The notes beneath the pieces are model-generated. The model worked only from the letters and a program-made list of their open reading frames with translations, made no database searches and was not told where the DNA came from. From contig NZ_CABROP010000009.1 of assembly GCF_902472605.1 (NCBI RefSeq), positions 4,434-68,433 of the forward strand: a DNA stretch of 64,000 bases. The letters are read 5' to 3'. The position numbers and the translations under genes are program-made. The DNA comes from an uncultured Bacteroides sp. (GTDB lineage: Bacteria; Bacteroidota; Bacteroidia; Bacteroidales; Bacteroidaceae). Positions 47,572 through 57,578 of the stretch are shown here, piece after piece (the first letter of the stretch is position 1; each line of letters starts with the position of its first letter).

Positions 47572-49146
47572 ATGAAGCAATTATTTCCCATGACCTTGGG
47601 GCTGTGGGTGGTATGTGGCCTGTTTCTTTTCGGTTGCCGGAAGGAAAAAGTGGAGACACCGCCTGAAAAATCCCCTGTAGAATCGGTCGATGAAACACCG
47701 GAGAAAAAAGAATCCGATACGGAAACGGAAAAAGAGGAAGACACCTCCAATGAACAGGAGGAAACAGCAGAAGACCCCGGGAAAGAGAGCGATGTATTCC
47801 GCGCATTGACCAACGGGGTCTTGCGGGGTGAGAAAGAAATCGCTGTCAGGGAGTTTCATATTCCTACCGACAAGGCGGACAGTGTGTATCGTGCGTTCTT
47901 GCGCAGTCATCCCCTGTTGTTTCACCTGAAAGTGGGTGGGAATATCGGTTACCGGGTAGATTTGGAGCATCCCGAATACCTGGCGGCTTTTCTGCCGCAA
48001 TATGCCGTTTTGCCGACCGCTCTGCCCGACATTTATCCGCGTCTGGAAGAAAGTATGGAAAGTTTCTATGCCTTGTTGGACCATCGGATGACTCCGGCGG
48101 AGATTGCCTATACCCTGTATCAGAAAGTCTGTCAAGAGGTGGTATATGGAGAACGAAACGAGGATTTTCCCAATCTGGCCTATGCTTCCTTTTCGGCTTT
48201 GGGCGTCTTCCTGACCCACAAGGCAGTCTGCCAAGGCTACAGTCTGTCGTATGCGTTGCTGATGAACGGACTGGGCATTCCGACTGATTATGTGACGGGA
48301 GCCATAGCCGGTACTTCCGGGCATGCGTGGAACCGCATTTATCTGGACGGGAACTGGTATCATGCCGACGCGACTTTTGATGACGCCAGTACCTATAAGA
48401 TGTTCGGGATGGGAAGCATCAACAAATATTTTCTTTGTTCGGACAATTTGTTTTATACTGCCTTTGCCCATCCAAAGCCACATCTGAATTTACCGGAACG
48501 CATTTATGCACCTTCTGGAAACAAGTTCGATTCGGAGAAATGCGTGGTCCGCCGGTACAATGCCAAGGGAGAAGTCATTAAGACCGAGGCCCGCTATGTC
48601 GACGGATATTGGTATTACCAGGCGTCTTGTGACGGAAAAAAGCAAATCCGGAAGAGCGATTTCTGCGGGCAGCAGGCACGGGTCATCCGGCAGTTGCAAA
48701 TACCCTCGGTTATCGAAGATGTGGACCGGATGCAATATACCCGCGACCGGATTTATTTTATTGACTATTTCAATGATAACTATTTTATCTGTTCGATGGA
48801 CTATGACGGAAACAATTTCCGGCAGGAGAGAAAGATTTCGTACATCGACGCGGTAAACCCTAAACTGAAATTGTCGCGTGACGACAGTGCGCCGGTTCCG
48901 GTGTGCAAAGGAGTTATCGCTTTGAAGGCAGAAACCATGCTGGCCCGCTTGAGGCTGCTGTATTGCCATGGCAACGACGATTATTTTGAATTGTCGCAAC
49001 CCCAGGCCAAGGAACTGGAGGCATTGGTGAAGAAAGCGGACGAGCTGCTCGAAAAACCGATGGATGGTGCGCAGGCCGATGGGTTGGCCAAGGAAATGCG
49101 GGAGAAACGAAAAGCCTACGGCGTGCCTTGTTCGGTGAGACTTTGA
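47572..49146 (+). CDS. Transglutaminase-like (Cys-His-Asp) domain lipoprotein
   Basis: Lipobox LFGC, acidic linker, AVCQGYS, GHAWN, WYHADATFD. Confidence 0.82.
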   Translation: MKQLFPMTLGLWVVCGLFLFGCRKEKVETPPEKSPVESVDETPEKKESDTETEKEEDTSNEQEETAEDPGKESDVFRALTNGVLRGEKEIAVREFHIPTDKADSVYRAFLRSHPLLFHLKVGGNIGYRVDLEHPEYLAAFLPQYAVLPTALPDIYPRLEESMESFYALLDHRMTPAEIAYTLYQKVCQEVVYGERNEDFPNLAYASFSALGVFLTHKAVCQGYSLSYALLMNGLGIPTDYVTGAIAGTSGHAWNRIYLDGNWYHADATFDDASTYKMFGMGSINKYFLCSDNLFYTAFAHPKPHLNLPERIYAPSGNKFDSEKCVVRRYNAKGEVIKTEARYVDGYWYYQASCDGKKQIRKSDFCGQQARVIRQLQIPSVIEDVDRMQYTRDRIYFIDYFNDNYFICSMDYDGNNFRQERKISYIDAVNPKLKLSRDDSAPVPVCKGVIALKAETMLARLRLLYCHGNDDYFELSQPQAKELEALVKKADELLEKPMDGAQADGLAKEMREKRKAYGVPCSVRL

Positions 49147-49202
49147 GAAAACTTGATACTGCGGTTCTCCAGTGAGTGGAGATTTTGAAGGGAGGACTGT
49201 GG

Positions 49203-49247
49203 AAAAAGAGACTGCTTCCAGTAGCCGGAAATGCAGTCTCTTTTTTT
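49203..49247. terminator. Bidirectional intrinsic terminator
   Basis: aaaaagagactgc...gcagtctcttttttt between convergent genes. Confidence 0.85.
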
Positions 49248-49270
49248 ATCCTTCACATCGTCATTGATAA

Positions 49271-50845
49271 TTAAGCATTTTCACGTTTCATGAGGTGCTT
49301 GATGCGTCGGATGCGGGGCAAACGTCCCACTACATTCTGATTTAAGAACTTTTCGAAGAGTATGAGGGCCAGGAATAAGACCCCGACAATGCAGACCCAG
49401 CCGTACATTTCTTTCAGGCTGACCAGCGTGGCCTGTTTCATGGCTTCCCCGTAGATGCTGTGGAAGGTTTGCATATTGAGAGCCGTGTTCACCTCGTCCA
49501 GTTCGATGGAGAGGGTCTGGAAGTTTTCCGGGAGGATGTACTGCCAGACCCGGCAGTAGATGGCGCCTCCCAGTACGGAACCGAATCCGGTGCGGATGAA
49601 GCCCAAAATGGACAGCACCTGGAAGAAATGCTGGAAGGGGACAATACCGGTGACATACACCGTGAGCGAGATGTACAGGATGATGTAACCGGCTCCGCGT
49701 AGCAGGGTGGGGCCGTAGAGCCATTCGATGTTCATGTTCGGGTCGATGAGGAAGTACATAAAGCACTGGTAACCCACAATCAGGGCAAATCCCAGGAAAA
49801 CAGGTACCTTGTATCCTCCGTGCAGGCGGACGTGCCACTGGTAGGCAAAGATGCATCCTAATACCGTACCCCCAAAGTTCCACCAGTTCAGCGAGACGTC
49901 GTTCAACACGTCGTATTGCAGGATGCCGTGTGTGAAAATGTTTTGCAGGACGGTCGGGGCCGCCAAGAAGAAGCAGAGCATCAGGAACAGGAAGAGCAGG
50001 GACGTGAGGTTACGGTACTTGAAGGCTTCCAGGGCGATGTACGGATGCCGACGGACAATCATCCGGTGGATGCTGAGGGCCAGCGAGAGGATGGCAATCA
50101 GGGTACCGAGGAGAATCTGTATGGAATCGAACCAGTCGTAGAACTTGCCATATTCGAACACGAAGATGACAGACAGCAGGAAGATGGACCACAAGGCGCC
50201 TCCTAACCAGTCGATGCCGAACAGGGGCAGCGGCTTCATGAACCGGAAGTGGCAGGTAAGGGTCGCCGTGAGTCCCCACAGCACGAACAGCAGTCCCATG
50301 ATGAACCAGTGCATGGAATGCCAGTTGCTCCAGTAGCCCAGGTAGACGGTGAGCAGGCCCGAAAGTTGGATGCTTCCCAGTACAATCATATACACCACGG
50401 GGAAGAACACGGCGAAGTTACGGGTCGGTGTCAGGCTCAGCTGCACGTTCGACAGAGCTTCGAAGGTACCCCACATACGCAGCATGCCCGCAAAGAAGCA
50501 GACAATGACCAGCACCGGGAGGCTGTCGGTACGCATCGTAATCAGGTTGCACACAATCAGGGCCGGACACACGAACAGCAGGATGCTGCGGGTGGTGAAC
50601 CGGAATTTCAGACGAAACAGGATGGGGAAGATAATCGTCATGCCCACAAAAGAGGCATAGCCGGCCATCATCACATCCTCTTGCATCAGAGCCAGTGAGC
50701 CGACCATCTGCGACACGGACGACAAGTAGATGCCGCCGCTGAACTGGAAGGCCACGGCGAAGAAGAGACAAAGGAACACCCGTATCTTGTCCGGCACGAA
50801 GTCGCGGAACATCATGACACGGGTAGGCATATTCGGTCCGGCCAT
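49271..50845 (-). CDS. MFS-type (EmrB-like) efflux membrane subunit
   Basis: About 14 hydrophobic segments; last gene of the TolC-HlyD operon. Confidence 0.8.
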   Translation of the reverse strand: MAGPNMPTRVMMFRDFVPDKIRVFLCLFFAVAFQFSGGIYLSSVSQMVGSLALMQEDVMMAGYASFVGMTIIFPILFRLKFRFTTRSILLFVCPALIVCNLITMRTDSLPVLVIVCFFAGMLRMWGTFEALSNVQLSLTPTRNFAVFFPVVYMIVLGSIQLSGLLTVYLGYWSNWHSMHWFIMGLLFVLWGLTATLTCHFRFMKPLPLFGIDWLGGALWSIFLLSVIFVFEYGKFYDWFDSIQILLGTLIAILSLALSIHRMIVRRHPYIALEAFKYRNLTSLLFLFLMLCFFLAAPTVLQNIFTHGILQYDVLNDVSLNWWNFGGTVLGCIFAYQWHVRLHGGYKVPVFLGFALIVGYQCFMYFLIDPNMNIEWLYGPTLLRGAGYIILYISLTVYVTGIVPFQHFFQVLSILGFIRTGFGSVLGGAIYCRVWQYILPENFQTLSIELDEVNTALNMQTFHSIYGEAMKQATLVSLKEMYGWVCIVGVLFLALILFEKFLNQNVVGRLPRIRRIKHLMKRENA

Positions 50846-50846
50846 A

Positions 50847-51884
50847 TCAGTATCTCACTTTACATTCTACATTCATTCCGGCACGGAGGCGCGCCAGGTC
50901 TTCTGGCTTGTTGTCGGCTGTAAATTCAATGCGTACGGGGATGCGCTGTTCCACCTTGACGAAGTTGCCGGCGGAATTGTCCTGCGGCATCAGGGACAGG
51001 GAAGAACCGGTGGCATCCGAGATGGAAGAAACCACGCCCGTGAATTTCACGCCCGGTACGGCATCTACCTGAATGTCGACTTTCTGTCCGTTCTGCATGA
51101 CGGAGGTCTGCGTTTCCTTGTAGTTGGCAATGACCCACTTTTCTGTCTCGTCAATCAGGGTCACCATGGTCTGTCCCGGTTGTACCAGCTGTCCTTCGTG
51201 GATGTTCTTACGGCCGGTCATTCCGTCGGCCGTGGCTACGATGACGGTGTACGACAAGTTCAGCTTGGCTAGGTTCAGTTCGGCAGCCGCTACTTTGATG
51301 GCCGCATCATTCTGTTCCAGACGCTGGGTCTGCTCATGTTTCACCAAGGAGGTGGACTGTTTCTGTCGGGTCATCTGCTCGTAACGTGCCTTGGCCGCTT
51401 CGTATTCCGTTTTCACCCGGTCGTACTGCTGGACGGTGACGGCATTTTTCTTGATCATCTCTGTGTACCGTTTGTAGTCGGCTTCCGCATTTTTCAGGCG
51501 GACGGCTGCTTCCTGGATGCCGGCATCAGTCACTAAGATGTTGCTTTGTGTGGTACTGATGGTGGTGTGCATGGCATCTTTCCCTATCAATGCATTCTGG
51601 TAGTTGGCTTCGGCCTGTGCCAGACGCAGCAGGTATTCCGAGTCCTCAATTACCAGCAGGGTGTCTCCCTTGCGGACTTTCTGATATTCTTCAAAATAGA
51701 TTTTCTTGATGAATCCCGGCACGCGGGTGTTGATGGGGGTGATGTGTTGTTTCACCTGTGCGTTGTCGGTATATTCCACGTTGCCCAAGTGGACGAAATG
51801 ACTGCATACCCATACAATTCCTGCGAGGATGATGACGGTAAGAATGATATTCGAAATCTGTTTGTTTCTTTTTATATTAGCCAT
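50847..51884 (-). CDS. HlyD/EmrA membrane fusion protein
   Basis: YTDNAQV, GQLVQPGQ, WVIANYKETQ, DNSAGNFVKVEQRIPVRI, LRAGMNV. Confidence 0.95.
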   Translation of the reverse strand: MANIKRNKQISNIILTVIILAGIVWVCSHFVHLGNVEYTDNAQVKQHITPINTRVPGFIKKIYFEEYQKVRKGDTLLVIEDSEYLLRLAQAEANYQNALIGKDAMHTTISTTQSNILVTDAGIQEAAVRLKNAEADYKRYTEMIKKNAVTVQQYDRVKTEYEAAKARYEQMTRQKQSTSLVKHEQTQRLEQNDAAIKVAAAELNLAKLNLSYTVIVATADGMTGRKNIHEGQLVQPGQTMVTLIDETEKWVIANYKETQTSVMQNGQKVDIQVDAVPGVKFTGVVSSISDATGSSLSLMPQDNSAGNFVKVEQRIPVRIEFTADNKPEDLARLRAGMNVECKVRY

Positions 51885-51932
51885 GATGTATAAGCGTTTG
51901 AAAGTGAATGTTCTTTATATAGAGGAATTGAG

Positions 51933-53237
51933 TTACAAAGTGCCGATGGTTTTCTTCAGCATGAAATACTGGTAGAGGATACCTATCTGTGCATTGGCCA
52001 GTTCCAGTTCGCTGCTCAGCTGGATGTTGCTGGCGTCCAGCATGTCGGTCACCAACGACAGGCCGTTGAGGTAGCGGCTGTGGATGATTTCGTAGTTCTC
52101 GTGGGCCAGCTGTACGTTCTTTTCTTTGGTATCCAGTCGGGTGTAAGCCTCTTCCAGATTGATGTAGGCCGCATTGATACCGTTCGACAACTGTTCGTCG
52201 GCCAGCCGTCTGTTTTCCTGTGCCTTCAGGGTAGCCAGTTTGGCCTGTTTCACCTTTTTGTTGTTCTTGAACAGCGCATCAAACTTGTAGGTGACATTCA
52301 CTCCCACATACCAGTAGTTGAAGTTCTTGTTGATGGGTGGCACTTCAATCAGAATCGGGCCGTCGAAGTTATTGGCTGCAATCAGTCCGATGGTCGGACG
52401 TCGGCCGGCCCGCGCCATTTCCTGTTGTTTCTCACTCATGCGGACTCCCAAATCGGCCATCCGCATTACCGGAGCCTGGGAGCGTGCGTCCTGCCAGTGC
52501 AGTTCACTTCGTTTGTCGATACCGGCTGAAAGCAAGGTGGTGTCCGGCAGAATTTCCGTTTGAATATCCAGTCCGATGGTGGTGACCATCTGTCGGTTGA
52601 GAATCCGAATCCGGTTGTTCACGTTGGTCAGTCCCAGTTCCAGGTTTTTCAATTGGAGTTCATAGCGGGTGATGTCACTCTGTAATGCCGCTCCCTGTTC
52701 GAAAGCCGACCGGATTTCCTCAATCAGCAGCCGGGTCTGTTCAATGTTCTTCTCATACACCTTCCGCTGGTTGTGCAACTGGAACAGGTCGAGGTAATGT
52801 CCCACCAGCATGAAGCGCACATTCTGCCGGTCGTTATCGAGTTCCGTTTCGGCCATCTCTTTTTGCAGTTCGCTCATCTCGATGCCTGTAGAAACCGCCC
52901 CACCTGTGTAGACCGCTTGTGTGGCCTTGAACGCAAAATTGTTGCCAAAATGCGGCATGTCGGCCTTCATGCCGTTGGAAAAGTCTCGGTCGCTCATCCA
53001 TCCGTCGCCGATGTAGCTGAACGAGAGTCCGGCTTCAATGGAAGGCAAGCGGTCGTTCTTGGCCACTTTGATGGCTTGTACTGCTTCGTCGACGGCCAGG
53101 TTATGTACTTTCAGGCTTTTGCTGTGCGCGTCGGCCAGGCGGAAGAGTTCTTCTACTCCCAGCACGCGCGGTTGGGCCGATGCCGACAAAAAGCCGATGC
53201 AGCCCAATAATCCTGTCATAAAAAGTTTGTGAATCAT
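51933..53237 (-). CDS. TolC family outer membrane efflux protein
   Basis: Signal peptide, RLPSI, YTGG, duplicated helical OEP repeats, RYLNGLSLVTDMLDA. Confidence 0.92.
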   Translation of the reverse strand: MIHKLFMTGLLGCIGFLSASAQPRVLGVEELFRLADAHSKSLKVHNLAVDEAVQAIKVAKNDRLPSIEAGLSFSYIGDGWMSDRDFSNGMKADMPHFGNNFAFKATQAVYTGGAVSTGIEMSELQKEMAETELDNDRQNVRFMLVGHYLDLFQLHNQRKVYEKNIEQTRLLIEEIRSAFEQGAALQSDITRYELQLKNLELGLTNVNNRIRILNRQMVTTIGLDIQTEILPDTTLLSAGIDKRSELHWQDARSQAPVMRMADLGVRMSEKQQEMARAGRRPTIGLIAANNFDGPILIEVPPINKNFNYWYVGVNVTYKFDALFKNNKKVKQAKLATLKAQENRRLADEQLSNGINAAYINLEEAYTRLDTKEKNVQLAHENYEIIHSRYLNGLSLVTDMLDASNIQLSSELELANAQIGILYQYFMLKKTIGTL

Positions 53238-53399
53238 AAATACGTGGTTGTCTTAATTATCGGTGCAAAGGTCACGTTTTTGCGGGGAAAAGGGAATGTC
53301 TCAAATTCGATAGAATTTGTCTGAATTGAAACTTTTTGGAAAAAGTTTGGTTGAATGGACGTTTCTTTTCTATCTTTGGAAGAGTAGAAAAACAGGCTT

Positions 53400-54302
53400 A
53401 TGGAGCGTTATCAGATTATTAACATACAAGAAATAGTCCGAGAGAAACCGGGAGTGGCTTATCAGGGAGAAATTGGCGTATTTGTTCCAAGTGATACTTC
53501 TGCTATTTATTTGGCCGAAGGACTTCCGGTGTATGTGAATGCTTTTTCCTATTTGCTGGCCTTGCATGGAAAGGCCCGTCTGGTGATTGACGAAACGGAA
53601 TATGAGATTCTTCCTGGCTGCCTGTGCCTGCTTTCCCCCTTGCACTTGACTTGTTTCTCGGAGGTGTCGGACGATTTCCGGTGCATGTTTCTGTGTCTTC
53701 ACAAGGATTTTGTGGATAAAATCGGAGTGTTCAACTTAAAGCAACGCATTGCCAAGGGGATGCACATGCATCGTAATCCGTCTGTCCAGATGAGTGCGGC
53801 TGATACGGTGGTGTTGAAGGAGAGTATTGAAAATATCAGAAACCAGATTCTAAGGCAGGACCATTTGTTCCATCTGGAACTGATGCAGAATGCCCTCATC
53901 CGGTTTTACTTGGAACTGGATAACATCCTCGACCGGGACCCGCAAGCGGAAAGTGGCGTGGTGACTGTTACCCGGAACCGGATGAAATTACAGGAGTTCA
54001 TCACCCTGCTGATGAATCATTTTAAGGAAGAGCACCAAGTAGCTTTCTATGCGAAAGCCATGCACATTACGCCTCAATACTTGACGGCTATTATCAAGGA
54101 ACAGACCGGAAAGACGGTAAATGCCTTTATTTATGAGTTGATTTACAGTGAGGCACGCAACTTGTTGGTCTCAACCGATTTGAGTATCCAACAGATTACG
54201 GCGCGGCTGAACTTTGCTGACCAAGCCTCGTTCAGCAAGTTCTTCAAACGCCATGCAGGGGTTTCTCCTCAGATTTTCAGGGAAGAAGCTGGAAAAATCT
54301 GA
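53400..54302 (+). CDS. AraC family regulator
   Basis: HQVAFYA..MHITPQYL, LSIQQI..LNFADQASFSKFFKRHAGVSP; divergent from the efflux operon. Confidence 0.93.
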   Translation: MERYQIINIQEIVREKPGVAYQGEIGVFVPSDTSAIYLAEGLPVYVNAFSYLLALHGKARLVIDETEYEILPGCLCLLSPLHLTCFSEVSDDFRCMFLCLHKDFVDKIGVFNLKQRIAKGMHMHRNPSVQMSAADTVVLKESIENIRNQILRQDHLFHLELMQNALIRFYLELDNILDRDPQAESGVVTVTRNRMKLQEFITLLMNHFKEEHQVAFYAKAMHITPQYLTAIIKEQTGKTVNAFIYELIYSEARNLLVSTDLSIQQITARLNFADQASFSKFFKRHAGVSPQIFREEAGKI

Positions 54303-54323
54303 GGAGTCTGTAGGGATTTATCG

Positions 54324-54776
54324 TTAGGGTTTAACAGGCTCAGAAAGTTCACTGAGTGTTTTTCCTTCATAGTCGCAGATAGCCTGTTTGTATTCCAAAG
54401 GAATCTCTACGGGCTCTTTGGTCATGACGTCGTAACCCACCAGTACCGTGCGGCATTGGCATTTCAGTACGCCACTGGCCTTGTTAAAGGCACGTTGCAG
54501 CATGGTGAAACTTTTATGTCCCAGGTGGATGACGGTAGTCTCGATGATGAGGTCATCGGAGAAGAATACGGGGGCCAAAAAATCCGCATTGATGTTGACC
54601 ACTACTACATTGAATTTTTTGCATTCATCTTGCCCAAAGACATCGCGGAAATAGGAGGTCTTTGCAAAGTCGTACAAAGAAAAATAAACCGAATTGTTCA
54701 TGTGGCCGTATTGGTCGACATCACTGAAACGGATTTGTACGGGGACTTCGTGTTTGAATTTGATTTCTGCGTTCAT
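54324..54776 (-). CDS. Acyl-CoA thioesterase (4HBT family)
   Basis: IRFSDVDQYGHMNNSVY hot-dog motif. Confidence 0.92.
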   Translation of the reverse strand: MNAEIKFKHEVPVQIRFSDVDQYGHMNNSVYFSLYDFAKTSYFRDVFGQDECKKFNVVVVNINADFLAPVFFSDDLIIETTVIHLGHKSFTMLQRAFNKASGVLKCQCRTVLVGYDVMTKEPVEIPLEYKQAICDYEGKTLSELSEPVKP

Positions 54777-54896
54777 AGTAATGTTTTTAAGTTTTTCTCA
54801 AATGTACATCTTTTTTTCATAAATCTGCTATCAATGGGGGAATATTTCTTACTTTTGTCCGTCATAATGAATTGTGGATAAATAATATTATATAAG

Positions 54897-56180
54897 ATGG
54901 AACAGAAATTCAGCAAAGAGACACTTTGTGTGCAGGCAGGCTGGACTCCGAAGAACGGAGAGCCTCGTGTGTTGCCCATTTACCAGAGCACTACATTTAA
55001 ATATGATACCAGTGAGCAGATGGCTCGTCTTTTCGATTTGAAAGACAGCGGTTATTTTTATACGCGTCTGCAGAACCCGACTAACGATGCGGTGGCTTCG
55101 AAGATTGCCGCCCTTGAAGGAGGTGTGGGGGCCATGCTGACTTCTTCCGGTCAGGCAGCTAATTTCTATGCGGTGTTCAATATTTGTGAGGCGGGCGACC
55201 ATTTCGTTTGTTCGTCTACTATCTATGGCGGTACGTTCAATTTGTTTGCGGTGACCATGAAGAAGCTGGGCATCGAATGTACGTTTATCGATGCCGATGC
55301 ACCGGAAGAAGAAATAGACAAAGCTTTCCGCCCGAATACTAAATGCTTGTTCGGCGAAACGATTTCCAATCCGAGCATCAATGTGCTGGATATTGAGAAA
55401 TTTGCCCGTATTGCCCACAAGCACGGAGTACCTTTGATTGTGGACAACACATTTGCTACTCCGATTAACTGTCGTCCGTTTGAATGGGGAGCCGATATCG
55501 TGACTCATTCTACGACGAAATACATGGACGGACATGCCACTTGTGTGGGAGGTGCGATTGTAGACAGTGGTAACTTCGACTGGGAAGCTCATGCCGACAA
55601 GTTCCCGGGTCTGACACAGCCGGATGAATCTTATCATGGGCTGACTTATACGAAGGCTTTCGGAAAGATGGCTTACATGACCAAGGCTACCGCTCAGTTG
55701 ATGCGTGACTTGGGTTCTATCCAGTCGCCGGAAAATGCGTTCCTGTTGAACTTGGGATTGGAAACTTTGCATTTGCGTGTGCCGCGTCATTGTGAAAATG
55801 CGCAGAAGGTAGCAGAATGGCTGGAAGCGAATCCGAAGGTGAAATGGGTAAACTATTGCGGATTGAAGAGCAATAAGTATTATGAACTGGCCAAAAAATA
55901 CATGCCGAACGGTTCTTGTGGCGTGATTGCTTTTGGACTCCATGGCACACGGGAAGACGCTATCCGGTTTATGGACCACTTGAAACTGGCTTGTATCGTG
56001 ACACACGTAGCTGATGCCCGTACGTGTGTGTTGCATCCGGCAAGTCATACACACCGTCAGCTGACGGATGAACAGCTGATTGAGGCAGGAGTGGCTCCCG
56101 ACTTGATTCGTCTGTCTGTCGGTATTGAAAATGTAAACGACATCATTGCCGACTTGGAGCAGGCGATGGAACAGATTTAA
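54897..56180 (+). CDS. metY: O-acetylhomoserine aminocarboxypropyltransferase/sulfhydrylase
   Basis: PIYQSTTF, YTRLQNPT, SSGQAA, VDNTFATP, PLP lysine HSTTKYMDGH, HPASHTHRQL, IRLSVGIE. Confidence 0.93.
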   Translation: MEQKFSKETLCVQAGWTPKNGEPRVLPIYQSTTFKYDTSEQMARLFDLKDSGYFYTRLQNPTNDAVASKIAALEGGVGAMLTSSGQAANFYAVFNICEAGDHFVCSSTIYGGTFNLFAVTMKKLGIECTFIDADAPEEEIDKAFRPNTKCLFGETISNPSINVLDIEKFARIAHKHGVPLIVDNTFATPINCRPFEWGADIVTHSTTKYMDGHATCVGGAIVDSGNFDWEAHADKFPGLTQPDESYHGLTYTKAFGKMAYMTKATAQLMRDLGSIQSPENAFLLNLGLETLHLRVPRHCENAQKVAEWLEANPKVKWVNYCGLKSNKYYELAKKYMPNGSCGVIAFGLHGTREDAIRFMDHLKLACIVTHVADARTCVLHPASHTHRQLTDEQLIEAGVAPDLIRLSVGIENVNDIIADLEQAMEQI

Positions 56181-56202
56181 TAAGTATCATATCGATTATA
56201 AT

Positions 56203-56235
56203 AAAAAAGGAGGGCATTGAATGTCCTCCTTTTTT
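56203..56235. terminator. Bidirectional intrinsic terminator
   Basis: aaaaaaggagggcat-tga-atgtcctcctttttt. Confidence 0.88.
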
Positions 56236-56251
56236 GTGATTATACAGACGG

Positions 56252-57424
56252 TTATCTGTAAGATTTCTGGTAAATCTGAAGTACCTCTTCGTCGGTCAGC
56301 GGATGCGGGTCGAGGGTGAAGAGTGAGCCCATGGTGTCGCGGGCATTCTGTACCATCTTGGGGAAGTCCTCTGGTTTTACACCCCAGTCACTCAGTTTCA
56401 GCTGATATACGTTGCATTCCTTTTGCATGCGGACCAGTGCGTCGATGAAGTCGCTGGGTCGGTTGCTCTTCTGCTGAGTCATGATTTCGGCCATTTTCAT
56501 GTAGCGTTTCATGCTGTCGTTACGGAACGTCTCAAAGTAGGCTTCACTGATGGCAATTAGTCCGGCTCCGTGCGGCAGTTCCGGATGGAAGGCACTCATG
56601 GCATGTTCCATGGAGTGTTCGGAAATGCAGCAGGAAGTAGATTCTACCAAGCCGGCCAGGGTGCTGGCCCACGCCACTTTGGCACGTGCCTTGAGGTTAC
56701 GTCCGTCTTTCACGGCTACCGGCAGGTATTTGTACAACAAACGGATGGCTTCGAGGGCATACAGGTCGCTGATAGGAGTGGCACAGTTGGCCAAGAAACC
56801 TTCTGCGGCATGGAAGAAAGCATCAAATCCTTGGTAAGCAGTCAGATGGGGTGGAATGGAAACCATCAGTTCCGGGTCGATGATGGAAAGAGCTGGGAAA
56901 GTCAGCGGACTGCCGAAGCCGATTTTTTCCTTCACTTCTTCGTTGGTGATGACACTCCACGGGTCGGCTTCCGTACCGGTACCGGCAGTGGTCGGGATGG
57001 CAACCACCGGAAGGGCCTTTGTGACGGGACGTCCTTTTCCGGTACCTGCCGGGATATAATCCCAATAATCTCCTTCGTTGCAGGCCATAATGGCGATGGC
57101 CTTGGCGGAGTCAATACTACTTCCTCCTCCTAAACCAATGACGAAGTCACATTTTTCTTTGCGGCAGATGGAGGCTGCCTCCATTACGTGGGCTTTTATC
57201 GGATTGGGCAGAATCTTGTCGAATACGACCGATTCCGTATTGTTTTCTTGTAACAGTTCGATGACCTTATTTAGGTAGCCATATTTCTTCATGGAAGTAC
57301 CACATGAGATGACAATCAGGGCTTTCTTACCTGGTAGTTGTTCCGTCGCTAACTTTCTTAACTCACCACATCCAAACAAAATTTTGGTTGGGATGTGTAA
57401 ACTAAATACAGGATTTGCGTTCAT
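56252..57424 (-). CDS. Iron-containing alcohol dehydrogenase
   Basis: GLGGGSSIDSAK, IPTTAGTGTE, DAFFHAAE, HSMEHA, PHGAG. Confidence 0.95.
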   Translation of the reverse strand: MNANPVFSLHIPTKILFGCGELRKLATEQLPGKKALIVISCGTSMKKYGYLNKVIELLQENNTESVVFDKILPNPIKAHVMEAASICRKEKCDFVIGLGGGSSIDSAKAIAIMACNEGDYWDYIPAGTGKGRPVTKALPVVAIPTTAGTGTEADPWSVITNEEVKEKIGFGSPLTFPALSIIDPELMVSIPPHLTAYQGFDAFFHAAEGFLANCATPISDLYALEAIRLLYKYLPVAVKDGRNLKARAKVAWASTLAGLVESTSCCISEHSMEHAMSAFHPELPHGAGLIAISEAYFETFRNDSMKRYMKMAEIMTQQKSNRPSDFIDALVRMQKECNVYQLKLSDWGVKPEDFPKMVQNARDTMGSLFTLDPHPLTDEEVLQIYQKSYR

Positions 57425-57529
57425 AATATAACCGTTTAAAGTTCATTTATCCAAAAATACGAAAATAAAAACAGAATAGACGAGGAGGTGTGTTAAAAAT
57501 CGCTTTTATCTTTCGTGGAATGAAAATAA

Positions 57530-57555
57530 AAAAGGCTGCCAATTGGCAGCCTTTT
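57530..57555 (-). terminator. Terminator after pnp
   Basis: aaaaggctgcc-aatt-ggcagcctttt with an A-run on the + strand. Confidence 0.88.
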
Positions 57556-57578
57556 ATGAAATAAACGCGTGATGCGGA

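Noticed and set aside
54888..56054. 388-aa antisense ORF
   Set aside because: Shadow of the metY-like gene.
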